Below, in pieces: positions 61,215-64,000 of a stretch of 64,000 nucleotides of DNA (position 1 is the stretch's first letter; each line of letters begins with the position of its first letter). Where the stretch lies: contig OZ245002.1 of the NCBI GenBank assembly GCA_965223415.1, positions 128,001 through 192,000 on the forward strand. The letters run 5' to 3'. Both the position numbers and the translations under genes were made by a program. The notes under the pieces are model-generated. The model was not told where the DNA came from, made no database searches, and was given only the letters and a program-made list of their open reading frames with translations. Origin of the DNA: Myxococcota bacterium (GTDB taxonomy: Bacteria; Myxococcota_A; UBA9160; UBA6930).

Positions 61215-63659
61215 CTACGAGCCGAGGCGCTCCAGGCCGGCCTTGACCTCCGCCGCCCAGGGAGGCTCGGGTCGGGCGGGCTCGCCTTCGGGGGTGTCGA
61301 CGTACTGCTCGATCTCCGCCACGGCCTTCTCCCAGGCCTCCCGCGCCCTCTCGGGCTCGGCGTTGGCCTCGTAGGCCAGGGCCAGGTGGTGGCGGACCAG
61401 GGAGATCTGCCGGTCGTCCGGCTGCATCCCGCCGACTGCCTCCTTCAGGTAGTCGATGGCGGCCGAGGGGACGTTCTTCTTGTAGAGGACCCAGCCCAGC
61501 GTATCGGCGGCGTTGGGATTGTCCGGCAGCATCGACTTGGCCTCCTGGGCCAGGTCGAGGGCGCGGTCCAGGTTGCCGTCCCGCTCCGCGAGCAGGTAGG
61601 CGAGGTTGTTCTTCGCCACCGCCAGCTCCGGCGCGAGGCGGATCGCCTCCTCGTAGCGCTCGATGGCACGGTCGGTGTCCTGGTTCATCTCGTAGAGCGT
61701 GCCCACCACCAGGTGCAGCGGCCCGAAGTTCGGGTTCGCCTCCAGGGCCCGCTCGTAGGTCTTGAGCACCTCGTCGGACTGGCCGGTGATGGCCAGGAAG
61801 CGCGCCAGGGCGTCGTACCCGCCGAGGTTGTTCGGATCCAGCTCGATCGCCTTGCGGAAGGCCGCATCCGCGTCGCGCACCCGGTTGGAGTAGGTCGCGA
61901 CCCAGCCCGAGAGCTGCCTCAGCGGCGCGCTCTCCGGATGCGCCTCGACGGCCTTGGCGACCCGCTCCACCGACGGGCTGATGTCTCCCTCGCGCAGCTC
62001 CAGGTCGAGGAGGGCCCGCAGGATCTCGTAGCGATGGGGCTCGTGGGCATCGGCGGTGAGGAAGTGCGCACGGGCCGCCTCCGGATTGCCGAGCAGGGTG
62101 TGGACGCGCCCGAGCGCGTACTCGCCTTCGGCGCCGCGCGCGTCCGCAGCGATGCTCTCCAGCTCCCGCAGGGCCGCCGGCGTGTCGCCCTTCCGCACCT
62201 GGCTCTGGGCCACCAGGATCTGCAGGGAGGCGTCGTCGCCGACCGCATCGAGGACGCGGCGGCCGCTCTCGACGGCCAGGGCGTGATCCCCGAGTGCCGC
62301 ATGGATGCGGGTCATCAGCTTGTGGGCGTCGACCAGGTTCGGGTCGAGCTCGAGGGCCCGGGCCACCGCGGCTCGGGCGCCGGGACGATCCCCCGAGAGG
62401 AAGAGCGCCGAGCCCAGCAGGTAGCGGCCCTGAGCCCAGTCCGGGCGAGCGTCGAGGGCGCGCCGCATGGCGGCGGCCCCATCGTCGAACTTTCCCTCCG
62501 CGAGATCGATCTTCGCCCTCACGAAGAGGGCCTGAGGCGAGCCCTCGTCCCTGGCGAGCACGGCCTCGACGATCGCGCGGCCCTGGGCGATGCGCGTCTT
62601 CTCCTTGTTGCGATAGCCGAGGTCGACCAACACCTCGGCGCGGCGCAGCTTCGCCAGCTCGTCCTGGGGCGCGGCCTTCAGGGCGAGCTCGGCGGCCTCG
62701 AGGGCACCGTCCAAGTCGCCGTTCTGTCCCCGGTAGGTGGAGAGCAGCAGGAAGGGCTTCGGATCGCTCGGATCCGCCTCGGTCGCCTCCTGAATCATGG
62801 CATCCGCCTGCTCGCGGCGGCCCTGGGAGTGGTAGAAGCGGGCGAGGGTGTAGATCAGCTCGACGTTCTTCTCGGCGTCGATGCCCTTGCGGAGGATCGC
62901 CTCGGCGTCGTCGGCCCGCTCCCGGGTCATCAGGAAGTTGGCGAGCATGGTGTAAGCGCCGACGCGCTCGTCCGGCTCCGAAAGCTCCAAGGCCTGGTGG
63001 AAGGTGGCCTCCGCCTCCTCGTCCCGATCCATCGACGCGAGGAAGCCGGCCAGGGCCGCGTGGCTCGCGAAGCCGGGCTCGATCTTCGCGACCCTGCGGA
63101 AGAGCACCTCGGCCTCGTCGCTGCGCTCTTCGCTCCGCAGGTAGTTCGCGTAGAGCAGCAGGGGGCCGGCCTCGTCGGGCGCCACGTCGGCGGCGGCCTT
63201 CAAGGCGAGGCCCGCCTCGTCGGACCTGCGCAGGGCGCCGAGCGCGCGGGCACGCAGCACATGGGCCTGCCACTGGCTCTCGTCCTGGGCGAGGATCTCC
63301 TCCGCGTTCTGCACGGCCTGCTCGAGGTCGTCCTCCTTGCCGAACAGGAGGAACTGGCCGTAGCGAAGCCGCGCGTCCAGGTTGGCGGGATCCAGGCGGA
63401 CCGTCTCCTGGAGCTCCCAGTAGGCGCGGCGGCGGTCGCCCTTGCCGAGCATCGCCTGGGCCAGGCCCCAGTGGGCGGCCGCGGCGTTCGGATCGATCTG
63501 GAGCATGTTGCGGAACTCGATCTCCGCCTCGGCCCACGCCTCCTCGTCGAGATAGGCCTGACCCGCCACCCGGTGCTCCTCGAGCCGGGCAGCCGGGTCC
63601 GTGCACGCCAGCAGCGCGAGGCTGGCGGCGAGGAAGATCGCAAGGAGGGCCCGAGCCAC
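61215..63659 (-). CDS. Large TPR lipoprotein (PrsT-like architecture)
   Basis: GTG behind GGGAG, lipobox LLAC, many TPRs, C-terminal NNLAYLLA...DTLGWVLYKK. Confidence 0.8.
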   Translation of the reverse strand: MARALLAIFLAASLALLACTDPAARLEEHRVAGQAYLDEEAWAEAEIEFRNMLQIDPNAAAAHWGLAQAMLGKGDRRRAYWELQETVRLDPANLDARLRYGQFLLFGKEDDLEQAVQNAEEILAQDESQWQAHVLRARALGALRRSDEAGLALKAAADVAPDEAGPLLLYANYLRSEERSDEAEVLFRRVAKIEPGFASHAALAGFLASMDRDEEAEATFHQALELSEPDERVGAYTMLANFLMTRERADDAEAILRKGIDAEKNVELIYTLARFYHSQGRREQADAMIQEATEADPSDPKPFLLLSTYRGQNGDLDGALEAAELALKAAPQDELAKLRRAEVLVDLGYRNKEKTRIAQGRAIVEAVLARDEGSPQALFVRAKIDLAEGKFDDGAAAMRRALDARPDWAQGRYLLGSALFLSGDRPGARAAVARALELDPNLVDAHKLMTRIHAALGDHALAVESGRRVLDAVGDDASLQILVAQSQVRKGDTPAALRELESIAADARGAEGEYALGRVHTLLGNPEAARAHFLTADAHEPHRYEILRALLDLELREGDISPSVERVAKAVEAHPESAPLRQLSGWVATYSNRVRDADAAFRKAIELDPNNLGGYDALARFLAITGQSDEVLKTYERALEANPNFGPLHLVVGTLYEMNQDTDRAIERYEEAIRLAPELAVAKNNLAYLLAERDGNLDRALDLAQEAKSMLPDNPNAADTLGWVLYKKNVPSAAIDYLKEAVGGMQPDDRQISLVRHHLALAYEANAEPERAREAWEKAVAEIEQYVDTPEGEPARPEPPWAAEVKAGLERLGS

Positions 63660-63748
63660 GCGGGCTCCCTTCCCATGGACGACCATGTCGAAACGCCTCC
63701 CTGGTTCCGGCGAGGGTCGGAACCTAGAGCACATCCCCTGGATCGGCT

Positions 63749-64000
63749 CTAGTCGACCCCGCGGTGGATCCGCCACGTGGCGTGGGTGATCCCCATCCGC
63801 TGGATCCTGTAGTTCAGCTTGCGGCGGCTGATGCCCAGCAGGGCCGCCGCCTCCTTCTGCACGAAGCTGCAGCGCTCGAGGGCCTCGAGCACCACGGCCC
63901 GCTCCACCTCTTCGAGGGAGAGCCCTTCCGGCGGCAGGCTCGGGCGCCACGAGGGCGCACCGCCCGGCCGGGCCAGGCCGATCTCCGCCGCCTCCACCCG
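63749..64000 (-). CDS. C-terminus of a sigma54-dependent (NtrC/Fis-family) activator, 5'-partial
   Basis: LPPEGLSLEEVERAVVLEALE...QKEAAALLGISRRKLNYRI Fis-type HTH. Confidence 0.8.
   Translation of the reverse strand, partial: RVEAAEIGLARPGGAPSWRPSLPPEGLSLEEVERAVVLEALERCSFVQKEAAALLGISRRKLNYRIQRMGITHATWRIHRGVD

Overview
Very GC-rich bacterial chromosomal segment, mostly coded on the minus strand. Gene content and order (Myxococcus-type pilA-pilGHI-pilD, tgl, tsaP-dprA-trmFO-xerC-hslVU, recO-GlyRS-ppdK) point to a Myxococcota or related 'deltaproteobacterial' organism (inference). The backbone is housekeeping: DUF177-rpmF-fabD-acpP-fabF-[rpiB::glyA fusion]-nrdR-ribD-ribH-nusB, korAB, mdh-sucCD, aspS, argG, argB, hslVU, xerC, trmFO, dprA and two tRNAs. 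No CRISPR array, transposase or prophage was seen. The most interesting signal is non-coding. A bipartite sigma28/FliA-like promoter motif, TCA(A/G)(G/C)-N14/15-(G/A)CCGAT, recurs in eight separate intergenic gaps. It precedes type IV pilus genes (pilG-like operon, tgl operon, tsaP), three tandem Thr-nucleophile 'sulfatase-like' TPR lipoproteins, a diguanylate cyclase and a lid-less DnaK/J-protein module, suggesting one undescribed pilus/surface regulon. Other highlights: two tandem pilins each with its own sigma54 promoter and a shared upstream motif; a sigma54-driven pair of ECF sigma factors; a 201-nt element with 35-bp terminal inverted repeats; a degenerate OmpA-like domain inserted in a YCF48-like propeller; and a PPDK with a histone-like basic N-terminus. 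All calls come from reading the sequence; no database searches were run.
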